Assembly (NCBI GenBank): GCA_023205875.1 | Contig: CP060754.1 | Coordinates: forward strand, 1,302,001 to 1,366,000 | Direction of reading: 5' to 3' | Source: Chloropicon primus | Lineage: Eukaryota | Length of the DNA stretch: 64,000 nt | Shown: positions 40,462-53,557 of the stretch, piece by piece | How the letters are laid out: every line of letters starts with the position of its first letter | Numbering within the stretch: position 1 is the stretch's first letter | Position numbers and translations under genes: made by a program | Notes under the pieces: model-generated | Told to the model about the DNA's origin: nothing | The model's input: only the letters and a program-made list of their open reading frames with translations | Databases searched by the model: none

Positions 40462-40780
40462 CAACATCACGATCTATTCATTGTTGACACCGTCCCCTTC
40501 CCTTGTCCCGTCCCGTCCCTCCCTGGACGTCCCAGGAAAACACTTTGCACGAGCTGGATGATTGGCATTCCTTTCAGGAGAAGGGATGAACCTCTTGCTG
40601 ATCAGACAACATCCTTCAGCCTTGAAGACATCCAAGCAACCACCCGATGAAAGGAAGCCAGCCATTCAGTGTTCCTCCAATCCTGGCCTCAATCCTCGAA
40701 GCCCCTGCTCCACTTTTTCCTTTTGCCTTTTCAAATTCTCTGAAACAGGAAGGAGAGGCTCGGCTCGCATCACCATCACC

Positions 40781-43700
40781 ATGGACCCGACGTTCCCTTC
40801 CTCCCTGGGCGAGGCCAAGCCCGCGGGTTTGCTGTCGACAAAGTTCGGTGAGCTTGGGCTCGATGCGTCGACGGCGGCGACGTTTTCCACGATACGCGTC
40901 GGCGTTTGCACCATGGACAAGAAGGCCAAGTCCAAACCCATGATCGCCATCTTGACGAGGTTGAACCTCTTCGCTGACTTTGACATCTTGACGTTCGGGG
41001 ACGACCTGATCCTGGACAAGCCGATCGAGCAGTGGCCGCAGGTGGACTGCCTGGTGTCGTTCTACTCGAGCGGGTTTCCCCTGGAGAAGGCCGAGAAGTA
41101 TGCAGAGATGATGAAGGAGAAGGACCCAAAGTTCATGTGTCTGAACGACCTCAAGCTCCAGCACGTGCTTCACGACAGGAGGAGCGTGTACCGGACCCTG
41201 GCGGACGAGCTCATCCCGGTGACCAAGTACATCCAGGTGACGAGGACGCCCCGCGTGGTCAAGCCCGCCACGGAGGACAGCGAGGAGGAAGTCGAGTGGG
41301 ATGATCCAGAAGGCTTCGTTGAGACGGAGGACTCCATCACGATGAACGGGATGACGATCACCAAGCCATTCGTCGAGAAGCCTATCCACGGGGAGGACCA
41401 CAACGTTTGGATCTATTACCCCGCGGACACCCTCAACGGAGGCGTGAAGAAACTTTTCAGAAAGAAGGGGAACAAGAGCAGCGAGTTTTACCCGGAACAT
41501 CCTGGCACGGTGAGGAGGAACGGCTCGTTTCTTTACGAGAGGTGAGTAGCCCGATCTTCTTCGATCTCGTTCTCGACGCTTGCTCTCATTTTTTTTGGCT
41601 GCGCACTGACTCCAAAGACTTCACGCGGCGTGTGTAGGTTCATGCAGACTGGCGGGACCGATGTCAAGGTGTACACGGTGGGCCCGCACTATGCGCACGC
41701 CGAGGCAAGGAAGTCCCCGGTCGTGGATGGTTTCGTGGAGAGGTTCCCGGACGGGAAGGAGATAAGGTACCCTGTTCTGCTGACCTTGGCCGAAAAAGAG
41801 ATCGCGAGGAAGGTGAACCTGGCCTTTGGCCAGTTCGTCTGCGGTTTCGACCTCTTGAGGAGCGAGGGCAAGTCTTATGTCTGCGATGTGAACGGGTGGT
41901 CTTTTGTGAAGAACTCGGAAAAGTACTACGCGGATGCCGCGGATATCATGAGGCAGCACATCCTCCACCACCTCTCACCACACAAAACGGCTTCGGGAAG
42001 GGACATCGCTGTGGACACCTCCAACCTCCTGGGGTTGGAAAGCCCGGGGGCGTCACCGGCGGGGGCAAGTTCCGGGTCGAGAAAACTTGATCGGACGGGG
42101 TCGATATCGATCCCTATCATGGGCAGCAGCAAGATGAGTGCCCCGACCGTGTCTGCAAAGAGCGATGATGTTCACGGGTCGCCCAATTATTTTTCTGTGA
42201 TGGACAACGGCAGCCTGCCTAGCTTCATGCTCAAAGAGGGGAGCTACGAGGACATAACCAAGGCGGCGCAATCATGGCACAGGACGAGGCATGAGCTCAG
42301 AGCCATTATTGCTGTGATACGGCACGGGGATAGGACGCCAAAGCAGAAGATGAAAGTGAAAGTCACGCAGAAGCCGCTTTTGGATCTCATGTCCAAGTTT
42401 GGGGGGGGCTACTTCAATGGTAAGCTCAAGCAAGCGAAGCTGAAGAAGCCCCATGAGCTCCAGGACGTCTTGGACACCATCAGGCAGACTCTCAACGACC
42501 TTGAGGAGACCTGCAGCTACAAGATGTATGACCTGATGTCGCAAGTGGAGGGCAATTCGGACGATGACGAGGAGAGAGAGTTTCTGCACAAGATGAGGCT
42601 GGCGAAACACATTTTGGAGAGAGGGGGGAAGTTCTCTGGAATCAACAGGAAGGTCCAGATGAAACCCCTCGAGGTGAAGATAAACGAGGAGAAAGGGCAC
42701 GTGGAGGTGGTGGAGGCCCTGATGATAATTAAGCACGGAGGCGTGCTCACTGACTGTGGAAAGAAGCAATCTATAGAGCTCGGGGCCAAGTTCAGGAAGC
42801 AGATGTACCCCCAGGGCAAGGGGGGAGAAGGGGACGGGCTGTTGAGACTGCACTCTACGTACAGGCACGACTTGAAGATTTACAGCTCAGACGAGGGCAG
42901 AGTCCAAGTCAGCGCAGCTGCTTTTACCAAAGGCCTCTTGGACCTTGAGGGCGACTCCCTCGTTCCAATCATGGCGAGTCTGGTGAACAAGGAGCAGCAG
43001 ATCCTCGACGCGTTTGGGAAGGGCGTGGATGAGGCCCTGCAGGAAGTCAAGATCAAGCTGCAGTGTGCCATTACAGGTGGCTTGAACAAGCTCATTCTGC
43101 CGAAGTTCGCTTCTCAGCCGACCAACACCACCGTGACGCTGTCCCAGTCTCCCATGAAGGGCAAGAAGGTCGTGGTGGACGTCGGGGAGACCCCCAAAGT
43201 CGAGGGGATACCAGAGAATTCGATTGAGATTCTCCAGGAGATGAACTCATGTATCAGGACGCTTTGCGACCACATGCTCGAACGCCTTGGCCATAAGGAG
43301 GAGATCGAGGACCACGAAGACTTTATGATGGAGACCCAGGCTATGCTGGACTACGAGCGCTGGAAGGCGCACCTCCTCAGCTTTTGCAAGAGGGGGAAGT
43401 ACAACATCAGTGAAATCTCGGACATCTACGATTCGTGCAAGCACGACTTGATCAGCGAGAAGTTCAAGGACACGGACGAGGACTTTCTATTGATCAAGAA
43501 GACGTACTGTCTGGCGAAGACGATGGCCGCCATTGTGGTTCCCAACGAGTATGGGATGACGGGGCAAGAGAAGTTGAACATTGGTCACAGGATCTGCTCG
43601 GAGCTCCTGAAGAAGCTTCACAGGGACTTTTCCGCGATGCGGCAGCAGTCAAAGCTTGACGTCCAAGAGTTCCTGGACCAGGAGGAGAGGGAGAGGGAGG

Positions 43701-44101
43701 CTTCTGAGGAGGACGATGAGGAGGGAGGTGGAGGGGGGACCCACAGGCTCGCGGCCGAGTTCGCAGAGGGGGTGAAAACGCCCCTCCGCCACGTAAGATC
43801 AAGGTTTTACCACACCTCGGAGTCCCACATCCATGCCCTTCACAACGTGCTGGCGATGGAGGGAATCTTCTCGGCGGTGAAGGGGGTTGAGTTTGACTAC
43901 CTCAGCTCCATCGTGTTCCGGGTTTTCGAGAACCCGGAGATGGAGGAGAAGGACGACGCCAGGTGGACTGTGGACATCCTCTTCTCCCCGGGGTGCGTTG
44001 GCGAACCCTCCGATGGGTGCGCCAGTGCTGTGGACCTCGTCAAGTTGTCCACGGTCACTCTGAAGGACCTTGAGAGCATCATCAACCTCAAACCGTCGTA
44101 A
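40781..44101 (+). CDS. VIP1: Inositol pyrophosphate synthase VIP1/PPIP5K; exons 40781-41541 and 41638-44101
   Basis: VGVCTM.KK..SKPM, FYS.GFPL.KA, KPFVEKP, DVKVYTV, HAEARKSP, CDVNGWSFVK, RHGDRTPKQK, LHSTYRHDLKIYSSDEGRVQ; GTGAGT...TAG intron. Confidence 0.97.
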
Positions 44102-44605
44102 GCATCGTGTAAACACCTTAACGAAGATCCAACGGAGTGCCAACCAAGCCCCCACCTTCTCCCCATCTCTCTCTCGATCGATCGATCGCCTTCCACTCCT
44201 AACACCCTCACCACAGCGCTGATTCTTTCGAGTGAGAGCTCTTTCGAAAGATCAAGAGGCGAAGATTCCCCTCACTCCCACTCCCGCCCCCGTCCCTCCC
44301 GTCCCACGCCGTCCCTCATTGCCATGCGTCCCTCCCTCCACCAATCCCGATTGGGGCAGTTACCTTTCTGGAGCCCAGTGGACCAAAACCAAATTGACGG
44401 CTTCGATCGAGTCGAGCGATCGTCGCAAGGCTTTGCGGCAAGTGCGTCGTCGAAGGCGCGCGACGAGTGCGAGGAGAAGGGCGAAGCGAGTGGTGGACCG
44501 GACGCCGCCGCCTTCCTCACGCGCGAGCGAGGTCGAGGTCGAGATCGAGGTTTCCGTCCTCGTTCACGTCGTCGCCGGACGAGGCCTCACTCACGGGGCG
44601 CCGCT

Positions 44606-47600
44606 ATGGCTGCGGCAATGGACGCGACCATGGATGACGTCGTGGTGACGGAGGAGGAGGAAGAGGTCCTGCGGGAGAAGGCGCGGAAATGGTCGAAGCA
44701 CGCGTCGAAGCGGTTCGGGAACAAGAAGAGGCACGGGTACGTGGAAAGCAACACGAACATGCTTCCCGCCGAGGTGTGCAGGAAGATAGTGAGGGATCAC
44801 GGGGACATGAGCTCGAGGAAGTTTCGTCACGATCGTCGGGTGTACCTCGGAGCTCTCAAGTTCCTTCCTCACGGGGTCTACAAGCTCTTGGAGAACGTGC
44901 CGATGCCGTGGGAGCAGGTGCGGATGGTTCCGGTGCTCTACCACGTCACCGGGGCGATATCGTTCGTGAACGAGACTCCGAAGGTCATCGAACCGATCTT
45001 CGTGGCCCAGTGGGCGAGCATATGGCTCATGCAAAGGAGGGAGAAGAGGGACAGGAGGCACTTCAAGAGGATAAGGCTGCCGTGCTTCGACGACGAGGAG
45101 CCGATATTGGATTACGCGGACAACCTGCTTGACGTGGAGCCACTGGACGCGATCGAGCTGGAGCTCGACGAGGAGGAGGACGAGAGCATTATCGAGTGGT
45201 TTTACGACCACAAGCCCCTCATCGACGACCCAAGGTTCGTGAACGGCACGTCCTACAAGAAGTGGAAGCTGCCGTTGCCGGTGATGAGCAACCTATACCG
45301 GATCGCCTCCCAGTTGCTGTCCGATATCGTGGACCAGAACTACTTCTACCTCTTCGACAAGGATTCCTTCATCACGGCAAAGTCTCTGAATATGTGCGTC
45401 CCGGGGGGACCAAAGTATGAGCCCCTGTTTCGTGACATGGACGCCCGGGACGAGGACTGGAACGAGTTCAACGATATCAACAAGCTGATCATCCGTCAGC
45501 CTCTTAGGACGGAGTACAAGATCGCCTTCCCCTTCCTGTACAACAACAGGCCCAGGAGTGTCAGGCTGGGAGCGTACCACGAGCCCATGTGCATGTACAT
45601 CAAGCAGGAAGACCCAGACCTGCCCGCATACCACTACGACCCGCTTATCCACCCCATAGCTGCGTACAGATCGTCCGCAAGGGCGAGCAGGGTTGGGGGG
45701 AGCGAAGGGGGAGAGGGGGGGAAGAGGAGGAAAGTCGAGGAGAACGGGGTGAGCGGTCACCCACCCGCCTCCTGGGACGACGACAATGACGACAACGACT
45801 TTGAGGAGGACGACGAGTTCGTTCTTCCCCGAGGCGTGAACGCGTTTTGCAGCACGAGCAAGCTCGAGACACCGAATACGAGGGATGCAATCGAGTTGTG
45901 GTGGGCCCCTCGGCCTTTCAACCAGCGCAGCGGCCGGACGAGACGTGCGATGGATGTCCCCTTGGTCAACACCTGGTTCAAGGAGCACTGCCCCAGGGAC
46001 AACCCCGTGAAAGTCAGGGTGAGTTACCAGAAGCTGCTCAAGTGCTACGTCTTGAATGCCTTGCACCACCGAAAGCCAAAGTCCATGAAGAGGAAAGACC
46101 TGATGAAGTCCCTCAAGGCGACCAAATTTTTTCAGCAGACGGAGCTGGATTGGGTGGAGGCAGGCTTGCAAGTGTGCAGGCAAGGGTACAACATGCTCAA
46201 CCTCCTCATCAATCGAAAGAACCTGAATTACCTTCACCTGGACTATAACTTCAACCTCAAGCCAGTGAAGACGTTGACGACGAAGGAGAGGAAGAAGAGC
46301 AGGTTTGGAAATGCCTTTCACCTTTGCAGGGAGATCCTGAGGCTCACCAAAATGATTGTGGATGCCCACGTCCAGTACAGGCTGGGGCATGTGGACGCCT
46401 ACCAGCTGGCGGACGGCCTCCAGTACACCTTTGCGCACGTGGGGCAACTCACGGGAATGTACAGGTACAAGTACAGGCTGATGCGCCAGATCAGGATGAC
46501 AAAGGACTTGAAGCACCTTATCTACTACCGCTTCAACACGGGAAGCGTTGGCAAGGGCCCTGGAGTGGGTTTCTGGGCCCCCATGTGGCGTGTTTGGCTC
46601 TTCTTCCTCAGGGGCATGATCCCCTTGCTGGAAAGGTGGCTAGGAAACCTGCTGGCCAGGCAGTTTGAGGGAAGGAGCAGCAAGGGCGTGGCGAAGACGG
46701 TGACGAAGCAGAGGATCGAGTCGCACTTTGATTTGGAACTAAGGGCTGCAGTGATGCACGATATTCTTGACATGATGCCTGAAGGGGTCAAGCAGAACAA
46801 AGCGAGGACGATACTCCAGCACCTTTCGGAGGCGTGGCGCTGCTGGAAAGCGAACATTCCTTGGAAGGTCCCAGGCTTGCCTGCACCAATAGAGAACATG
46901 ATTATCAGGTACGTCAAGTCCAAGGCGGATTGGTGGACTAACGTGGCCCACTACAACCGCGAGCGCATCAGGAGAGGCGCGACTGTGGACAAGACTGTCG
47001 TCAGGAAGAATCTCGGCCGCCTCACAAGGCTGTGGCTGAAGGCTGAGCAGGAGAGGCAGCACAACTATCTGAAGGATGGCCCTTACGTGAGCCCTGAAGA
47101 GGCCGTGGCAATCTGGACCACGGCGGTGCACTGGCTCGAGTCGCGGAAGTTCTCGCCGATCCCCTTTCCCCCTCTCTCGTACAAGCATGACACAAAGCTT
47201 TTGATTCTGGCCTTGGAGCGACTCAAGGAGTCTTACACCGTCTCCGTGAGGTTGAACCAGACGCAGAGGGAGGAACTTGGGCTGATTGAGCAGGCTTATG
47301 ACAACCCTCACGAGGCACTTTCACGGATCAAGAGGCACCTGCTCACCCAGAGGTCCTTCAAGGAGGTTGGAATAGAGTTCTTGGACTTGTACAGTCACCT
47401 TATTCCTGTGCATGATATTGAGCCCCTGGAGAAGATATCTGATGCTTACCTCGACCAGTATCTGTGGTACGAGGCAGACAAGCGGCAACTTTTCCCGAAC
47501 TGGATCAAGCCCAGCGACAATGAGCCTCCGCCGCTGCTCGTGTACAAGTGGTGCCAAGGCATCAACAACCTGACGGATGTCTGGGAGACGGCAAATGATG

Positions 47601-50600
47601 AATGTGTTGTGATGATGCAGACGAGGCTCGAGAAGCTCTTCGAGAAGATCGACCTCACGCTGCTCAACAGGCTGCTGAGGCTGATCGTTGATCACAACCT
47701 CGCCGATTACATGACGTCAAAGAACAACGTGGTGATCTCGTACAAGGACATGTCGCACACCAACTCGTACGGACTCCTTAGGGGCCTGCAATTCAGCTCG
47801 TTCATCACGCAGTACTATGGACTGATCGTGGACCTCCTACTCCTGGGTTTGACCAGGTCGAGCGAGATCGCTGGCCCAGCGAACCATCCAAACGATTTCC
47901 TCTGCTTCAAGAATGTCCAGGCAGAGACAAAGCATCCGATAAGGCTGTACTGCCGGTACATTGACAAGGTCTACATGCTCTTTAAGTTTGAGGCGGACGA
48001 GACCAAGGATTTGATCCAGCGGTATCTCACGGAGCACCCTGACCCAAACAATGAAAACATTGTTGGCTATAACAATAAGAAGTGCTGGCCAAGGGATGCC
48101 AGAATGAGGCTGATGAAGCACGACGTGAACCTGGGGAGGGCTGTCTTCTGGGACATGAAGAACAGACTGCCAAGGAGCATGACAACTTTTGAGTGGGAGA
48201 ACAGCCTCGTCAGTGTGTATAGCAAGGACAACCCAAACGTCTTGTTCAGCATGGCTGGCTTTGAGGTCAGAATACTTCCCAGGTGCAGAATGTCTCAGGA
48301 AGGTTTTGCGCAGAGGGAAGGCGTCTGGAGCCTCACCAACGAGGTGACGAAGGAGAGGACGGCCCAGGCATTCCTGAGAGTGGACGATGAGGCGATGAAG
48401 GCGTTTGAGAACAGGATAAGACAGGTTCTCATGTCCTCTGGTGCAACGACCTTCACCAAGATTGCAAACAAGTGGAACACGGCTCTGATTGGATTGATGA
48501 CCTACTACAGGGAGGCCGTCATCCATACCCAAGAGCTCCTTGACCTGCTGGTGAAGTGCGAGAACAAGATCCAGACGAGAATCAAGATTGGCCTTAACTC
48601 AAAGATGCCTTCGAGGTTCCCTCCTGTTCTGTTCTACACGCCAAAGGAAATCGGTGGTCTTGGGATGCTCAGCATGGGCCACATCTTGATCCCTCAGTCG
48701 GATTTGAGGTATGCCGGACAGACTGACTTGGGAGTCACGCACTTCCGCGCGGGAATGACCCACGAAGAGGAGCACCTCATACCAAACCTGTACAGGTACA
48801 TCCAACCCTGGCTCAGCGAGTTCACGGACTCGCAAAGAGTGTGGGCAGAATACGCGCTGAAAAGGCAAGAAGCTATGTCGCAGAACAGGCGTTTGACCTT
48901 GGAGGATTTGGAGGATAGCTGGGACAGGGGAATACCGAGGATCAATACCTTGTTCCAGAAGGACAGGCACACCCTGGCCTATGATAAGGGCTGGAGAATA
49001 AGGACGGACTTCAAGCAGTACCAGATCACGAGGCAGAATCCGTTCTGGTGGACCCACCAAAGGCACGACGGCAAGCTGTGGAACCTGAACAACTACAGAA
49101 CGGACGTGATCCAGGCCCTTGGAGGCGTGGAGGGTATCTTGGAGCACACCCTCTTCAAGGGGACCTACTTTCCCACGTGGGAGGGTCTGTTTTGGGAGAA
49201 GGCCTGCTTTGCCACAGGCACCAAGCTGCTCCTTGCCGACGGCTCAACCATTACGGCTGGGGAGGTGAGGAGAGGGCATCAGCTCATGGGTGATGATGGC
49301 ACGCCCCGCCTGGTGCAGGAGGTGGTCACGGGCCTGAGCAAGCTTTACGAGATCACCTTTGGGTATTCTAAGGAGGAGCCTCTTGTCGTGACAGGCAACC
49401 ACATCTTGTGCTTCAAGACCACGAGCCGTTTCTGCATGTGCTGGTCAGATGAGCGGGGTGCTGTTGTGGTTTACTACTTTGATGGGAATTCATGCCGCAG
49501 TAAGCAGTTCCGTGTCCATGCTGACTGGGATTCATTCTACTACAGCAAGGAGGAAGCCCATGCTGCTGCTCAGAAGTACCTGAAGGAGGTGCATCGCTCA
49601 GGTCGTGGCCTCACTGTGATTGACAACAATGCTTCTGGCCTCACCGGAATCGAGGAGCGCAGCGGTTCGATTCGTGTCCTTGTTCCAGGCGAGAAGAACA
49701 AGCGCCGCGTGTTCTCCTGGAGTGCAAAGGGGCGCAAGTCTGCTGACACTGTGATGGTAAAGAACCGCGAGGAGGCGTTCCAGCAAGCACACTCCATGAA
49801 TCAAGATTTTCGCAACAAGGGCCAGTGCATGGAGGGCAAGGAAAACCTGAAGGAGATGAATCTGTCCTGGTGCAAAGCTGATGGGGCGTATCGCGTAGCC
49901 CACAAGGTGGATGGCAAGACCAAGACCATGAGCTTCAACGTGACCAATCGCATCTACTACGAAAATCGCGCCAGTGCTGAGCGGGCTGCTGAGGCTTACA
50001 TGAGTGGGCTTGGCAAAGCAAACATGGGCAAGGGGGAGGTGTGTGAAACGACAGTGGAGGAGTACCTTGAGCTGCCTGTTTCTGTGCAGCGCATGCTGCT
50101 GTTCTACCGTGCGCCAGCCCTCAAGTTCAACGAATCGCTCAGTGTGGAGCAGATGCCTGTGAACCCCTACTTTCTCGGACTTTGGCTTGGAGATGGCACA
50201 TCAACAACAATCAGCAACAATCATGAGGAGCAGATTATTTCCTTCCTGCAACAGCATGCTGATGGGCTTGGGATGAAGCTCACTAACTCTGATGGCAGCA
50301 TTGCATACCGCACGGTGGGCGGCTTCGGCAACACCAATGCCCTCTTGGATGCTCTTCGGAGGCTTGGTGTGGTCAGGGATGTGGGACAGGCAGGATCTCA
50401 GAAGGATTGCAAGCACATTCCACGGATTTATCTGGAGGCGAGTGAAGAGGTGCGGCTGATGCTACTTGCTGGCCTCATTGATTCTGACGGCAGCTACCAT
50501 GATTCAAGCCTGCACTTTGCCTTTACACAGGCTGAGCGATGGCACAAGACGCTGTTTGAGAATGTTCTCTTCCTTGCTCGTAGCCTGGGCTTCAATGCCA

Positions 50601-53383
50601 ACTATGCACGCCACTGGAGAGAGGGTGGGTTTTGTGAGTCGCTGCAGGCTGAGATTCCTGCAGGCTGGTGCCTCAGCATGAAGGTGACGGGCGACATTGA
50701 CAGGGTACCTACCCTGCTCCCACGCAAGCAGGCTCGCAAACGTTCAGATCGTGACTGGAGTGTGCACTCGGTGATGCAGGTGAAGCAAAGGCCACAGCCA
50801 GAGCTGTACGCGGGTTTCCTTGTGGATGGCAACAAGCGTTTCCTGAGGAGCGACTTTCTTGTGGTGCACAACAGTGGCTTTGAGGAGAGCATGAAATTCA
50901 AGAAGCTGACCAGAGCCCAGCGTTCGGGTTTGAACCAAATCCCCAACAGGCGTTTCACCTTGTGGTGGTCCCCGACAATCAACAGGGCGAACGTGTACGT
51001 GGGTTTCCAGGTTCAGCTGGACTTGACAGGCATCTTCATGCACGGGAAGATTCCGACGTTGAAGATCTCTCTGATCCAGATCTTCAGGGCTCACTTGTGG
51101 CAGAAGATCCACGAGTCCATCGTCATGGACCTCTGCCAGGTCCTCGATAAGGAGCTTGACGCCCTGGAAATTGAGACGGTGCAGAAGGAGACGATCCACC
51201 CGAGGAAGAGCTACAAGATGAACTCTTCCTGTGCCGACATCCTTCTCTTCGCGGCATTCAAGTGGCAGATTTCCAAGCCCTCTTTGATGACGGAGGGCAA
51301 GGACGTGTTTGACCAGAAGCCGAGCAACAAGTACTGGCTTGACGTCCAGCTGAGGTGGGGTGATTTCGACTCTCACGATATTGAGAGATACACCAGGGCC
51401 AAGTTCCTTGACTATACCACGGACAACATGTCGATCTACCCGAGCCCCACGGGCTGCATGATTGGGCTCGACTTGGCTTACAATCTCCACGCTGGGTTTG
51501 GCAACTTCTTCCCGGGGATGAAGCCCCTGTTGTCCCAGGCAATGGGAAAGATCATGAAGTCCAACCCTGCTCTGTACGTGCTGAGGGAGAGGGTCAGAAA
51601 GGGGCTGCAGCTTTACAGCTCCGAGCCAACTGAGCCTTACCTGAACAGCCAGAACTACGGGGAGCTGTTTTCCAACCAGCTCATTTGGTTTGTGGATGAC
51701 ACGAACGTTTACCGCGTCACGATACACAAGACCTTTGAAGGTAACCTCACGACCAAGCCGATCAACGGTGCCATCTTCATCTTCAACCCCAGGACCGGGC
51801 AGCTGTTCTTGAAGATCATTCATACGTCGGTGTGGGCAGGCCAGAAACGCCTGGGCCAGCTCGCAAAATGGAAGACAGCAGAGGAGGTGGCTGCCCTGAT
51901 TCGGTCGCTCCCTATCGAAGAGCAACCGAAGAGGATCATCTGCAGCAGGAAGGGAATGCTCGACCCGTTGGAGGTCCACTGCCTGGATTTTCCTAACATC
52001 GTGATCACTGGAACGGAGCTCCAACTGCCGTTCCAAGCTGCCCTGAAGGTGGAGAAGTTCGGAGACTTGATTCTCAAGGCCACGGAGCCCCAAATGGTCC
52101 TTTTCAACATCTACGACGACTGGCTGAAATCGATCTCGTCCTACACGGCCTTCTCGAGGCTGATATTGATCCTCAGGTCCTTGCACGTGAATGTGGACAA
52201 GACGAAGATGCTCCTGAGACCAGACAAGAGCATCGTTTCGGAGGCCCACCACGTTTGGCCCTCGCTGACGGACGAGCAGTGGATCAAGGTCGAGGTCGCG
52301 CTGAAGGACCTCATCCTGGCAGACTTTGCGAAGAAGAACAACGTGAATGTCGGGGCCCTGACCCAGACGGAGATCAGGGACATCATCCTTGGTGCAGACA
52401 TTGCGCCACCTTCCATGCAGCGCCAGCAGATTGCGGACATCGAGAAGCAGGCCAAGGAATCCTTGCACCAGAGCGCGGTGACCACCAAGACTGTGAACAA
52501 GCACGGAGAGGAGATGGTGGTGACGACGACCTCTGCGTATGAGCAGCAGGTCTTCAGCAGCAGGACGGACTGGCGGGTGAGGGCCATCTCGTGCTCGAAC
52601 CTTCACTTGCGTGTGAACCACATTTACGTCAATTCGGAGGACCTGCACTTCGACACGGGGTACACGTACATCCTGCCGAAAAACGTTTTGAAGAAGTTCA
52701 TCATGATCTCGGACCTCAGGACTCAGGTCATGGGCTTCATGTACGGTGTCAGCCCGCCGGATCACTCTCAGGTCAAGGAGATCAGGTGCATCGTGATGCC
52801 GCCGCAGTGGGGCAACCACCAGCAGGTGAATGTGCCGCAGCAGCTTCCGGACCACGACTACCTGGACGACCTCGAGCCCCTGGGGTGGCTCCACACCCAG
52901 CCCAACGAGACGGGCGGTCTCAGCGAAAAGGACATCCAGATGCACAGTGGGATCCTGGAGAGGCAGGAGTCTTGGGACGGGGAGAGGTGCATCGTGGTCA
53001 CCTGCAGCTTCACCCCTGGCAGCGTGAGCCTCACAGCCTATAAGCTTACCCCGCAGGGCTACGAGTGGGGAAGGGGCCAGAACAAGGACGGAGGAAGAGG
53101 AGGTGGTGGCAGTGGGGGAGAGCCCCAGCCCGGATCCTTCGAGAAGGTCCAGATGCTCTTGAGCGATCGGTTCATGGGTTACTTCATGGTCCCCGAGATC
53201 GGGTCCTGGAACTACAACTTCATGGGCGTCAAGGCTTCGCCAAACATGTCCTGGAACATCAAGCTGGACAACCCGAAGGAGTTCTACAATCCGCTGCACC
53301 GTCCTACGCACTTCTTGGAGTTCTCCGGCTCGGGCGCAGAAGGAAAGCTCTCCCAGGCCGACGTGGAGGACCACCTGGCCTAA
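44606..53383 (+). CDS. PRP8: Pre-mRNA splicing factor PRP8 precursor (2925 aa including a 556-aa intein; about 2369 aa mature)
   Basis: Continuous, highly conserved PRP8 sequence ([23 protein letters not shown]-like and RNaseH-like regions, [13 protein letters not shown], Jab1/[13 protein letters not shown]...HRP.HFL.F). Confidence 0.99.
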   Translation: MAAAMDATMDDVVVTEEEEEVLREKARKWSKHASKRFGNKKRHGYVESNTNMLPAEVCRKIVRDHGDMSSRKFRHDRRVYLGALKFLPHGVYKLLENVPMPWEQVRMVPVLYHVTGAISFVNETPKVIEPIFVAQWASIWLMQRREKRDRRHFKRIRLPCFDDEEPILDYADNLLDVEPLDAIELELDEEEDESIIEWFYDHKPLIDDPRFVNGTSYKKWKLPLPVMSNLYRIASQLLSDIVDQNYFYLFDKDSFITAKSLNMCVPGGPKYEPLFRDMDARDEDWNEFNDINKLIIRQPLRTEYKIAFPFLYNNRPRSVRLGAYHEPMCMYIKQEDPDLPAYHYDPLIHPIAAYRSSARASRVGGSEGGEGGKRRKVEENGVSGHPPASWDDDNDDNDFEEDDEFVLPRGVNAFCSTSKLETPNTRDAIELWWAPRPFNQRSGRTRRAMDVPLVNTWFKEHCPRDNPVKVRVSYQKLLKCYVLNALHHRKPKSMKRKDLMKSLKATKFFQQTELDWVEAGLQVCRQGYNMLNLLINRKNLNYLHLDYNFNLKPVKTLTTKERKKSRFGNAFHLCREILRLTKMIVDAHVQYRLGHVDAYQLADGLQYTFAHVGQLTGMYRYKYRLMRQIRMTKDLKHLIYYRFNTGSVGKGPGVGFWAPMWRVWLFFLRGMIPLLERWLGNLLARQFEGRSSKGVAKTVTKQRIESHFDLELRAAVMHDILDMMPEGVKQNKARTILQHLSEAWRCWKANIPWKVPGLPAPIENMIIRYVKSKADWWTNVAHYNRERIRRGATVDKTVVRKNLGRLTRLWLKAEQERQHNYLKDGPYVSPEEAVAIWTTAVHWLESRKFSPIPFPPLSYKHDTKLLILALERLKESYTVSVRLNQTQREELGLIEQAYDNPHEALSRIKRHLLTQRSFKEVGIEFLDLYSHLIPVHDIEPLEKISDAYLDQYLWYEADKRQLFPNWIKPSDNEPPPLLVYKWCQGINNLTDVWETANDECVVMMQTRLEKLFEKIDLTLLNRLLRLIVDHNLADYMTSKNNVVISYKDMSHTNSYGLLRGLQFSSFITQYYGLIVDLLLLGLTRSSEIAGPANHPNDFLCFKNVQAETKHPIRLYCRYIDKVYMLFKFEADETKDLIQRYLTEHPDPNNENIVGYNNKKCWPRDARMRLMKHDVNLGRAVFWDMKNRLPRSMTTFEWENSLVSVYSKDNPNVLFSMAGFEVRILPRCRMSQEGFAQREGVWSLTNEVTKERTAQAFLRVDDEAMKAFENRIRQVLMSSGATTFTKIANKWNTALIGLMTYYREAVIHTQELLDLLVKCENKIQTRIKIGLNSKMPSRFPPVLFYTPKEIGGLGMLSMGHILIPQSDLRYAGQTDLGVTHFRAGMTHEEEHLIPNLYRYIQPWLSEFTDSQRVWAEYALKRQEAMSQNRRLTLEDLEDSWDRGIPRINTLFQKDRHTLAYDKGWRIRTDFKQYQITRQNPFWWTHQRHDGKLWNLNNYRTDVIQALGGVEGILEHTLFKGTYFPTWEGLFWEKACFATGTKLLLADGSTITAGEVRRGHQLMGDDGTPRLVQEVVTGLSKLYEITFGYSKEEPLVVTGNHILCFKTTSRFCMCWSDERGAVVVYYFDGNSCRSKQFRVHADWDSFYYSKEEAHAAAQKYLKEVHRSGRGLTVIDNNASGLTGIEERSGSIRVLVPGEKNKRRVFSWSAKGRKSADTVMVKNREEAFQQAHSMNQDFRNKGQCMEGKENLKEMNLSWCKADGAYRVAHKVDGKTKTMSFNVTNRIYYENRASAERAAEAYMSGLGKANMGKGEVCETTVEEYLELPVSVQRMLLFYRAPALKFNESLSVEQMPVNPYFLGLWLGDGTSTTISNNHEEQIISFLQQHADGLGMKLTNSDGSIAYRTVGGFGNTNALLDALRRLGVVRDVGQAGSQKDCKHIPRIYLEASEEVRLMLLAGLIDSDGSYHDSSLHFAFTQAERWHKTLFENVLFLARSLGFNANYARHWREGGFCESLQAEIPAGWCLSMKVTGDIDRVPTLLPRKQARKRSDRDWSVHSVMQVKQRPQPELYAGFLVDGNKRFLRSDFLVVHNSGFEESMKFKKLTRAQRSGLNQIPNRRFTLWWSPTINRANVYVGFQVQLDLTGIFMHGKIPTLKISLIQIFRAHLWQKIHESIVMDLCQVLDKELDALEIETVQKETIHPRKSYKMNSSCADILLFAAFKWQISKPSLMTEGKDVFDQKPSNKYWLDVQLRWGDFDSHDIERYTRAKFLDYTTDNMSIYPSPTGCMIGLDLAYNLHAGFGNFFPGMKPLLSQAMGKIMKSNPALYVLRERVRKGLQLYSSEPTEPYLNSQNYGELFSNQLIWFVDDTNVYRVTIHKTFEGNLTTKPINGAIFIFNPRTGQLFLKIIHTSVWAGQKRLGQLAKWKTAEEVAALIRSLPIEEQPKRIICSRKGMLDPLEVHCLDFPNIVITGTELQLPFQAALKVEKFGDLILKATEPQMVLFNIYDDWLKSISSYTAFSRLILILRSLHVNVDKTKMLLRPDKSIVSEAHHVWPSLTDEQWIKVEVALKDLILADFAKKNNVNVGALTQTEIRDIILGADIAPPSMQRQQIADIEKQAKESLHQSAVTTKTVNKHGEEMVVTTTSAYEQQVFSSRTDWRVRAISCSNLHLRVNHIYVNSEDLHFDTGYTYILPKNVLKKFIMISDLRTQVMGFMYGVSPPDHSQVKEIRCIVMPPQWGNHQQVNVPQQLPDHDYLDDLEPLGWLHTQPNETGGLSEKDIQMHSGILERQESWDGERCIVVTCSFTPGSVSLTAYKLTPQGYEWGRGQNKDGGRGGGGSGGEPQPGSFEKVQMLLSDRFMGYFMVPEIGSWNYNFMGVKASPNMSWNIKLDNPKEFYNPLHRPTHFLEFSGSGAEGKLSQADVEDHLA
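49205..50872 (+). mobile_element. PRP8-a intein with LAGLIDADG homing endonuclease
   Basis: In-frame insertion between FWEKA and SGFEES; block A CFATGT, block B VTGNHIL, blocks [13 protein letters not shown] and [39 protein letters not shown] followed by +1 Ser. Confidence 0.97.
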
Positions 53384-53557
53384 ACCATTTTAACGCACGA
53401 CCAAAAGAAAGCTTTGTACAACAAGAAATTATTTTAAACCTAAACGGCAACGACTACACAACCCAGCTCAATGACCCACCCTCTTAGCCTGAGAGTCTCA
53501 GCAGGGCGTTCGATTGATCGAGATCGAGACATGAATGGATCCGCCCCTTGCTTTGTC

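Noticed and set aside
49205..50872. Self-splicing or spliceosomal intron in PRP8
   Set aside because: The insertion is in frame without stops, begins TGC (Cys), ends CAC AAC (His-Asn) and has intein blocks; there are no GT-AG ends
50744..53374. 876-aa antisense ORF, and similar long ORFs such as 5165-6922, 38674-40215, 55629-56978 and 11598-13397
   Set aside because: These are shadow ORFs opposite well-supported genes, expected from strong G/C-ending codon bias; they have no motifs of their own
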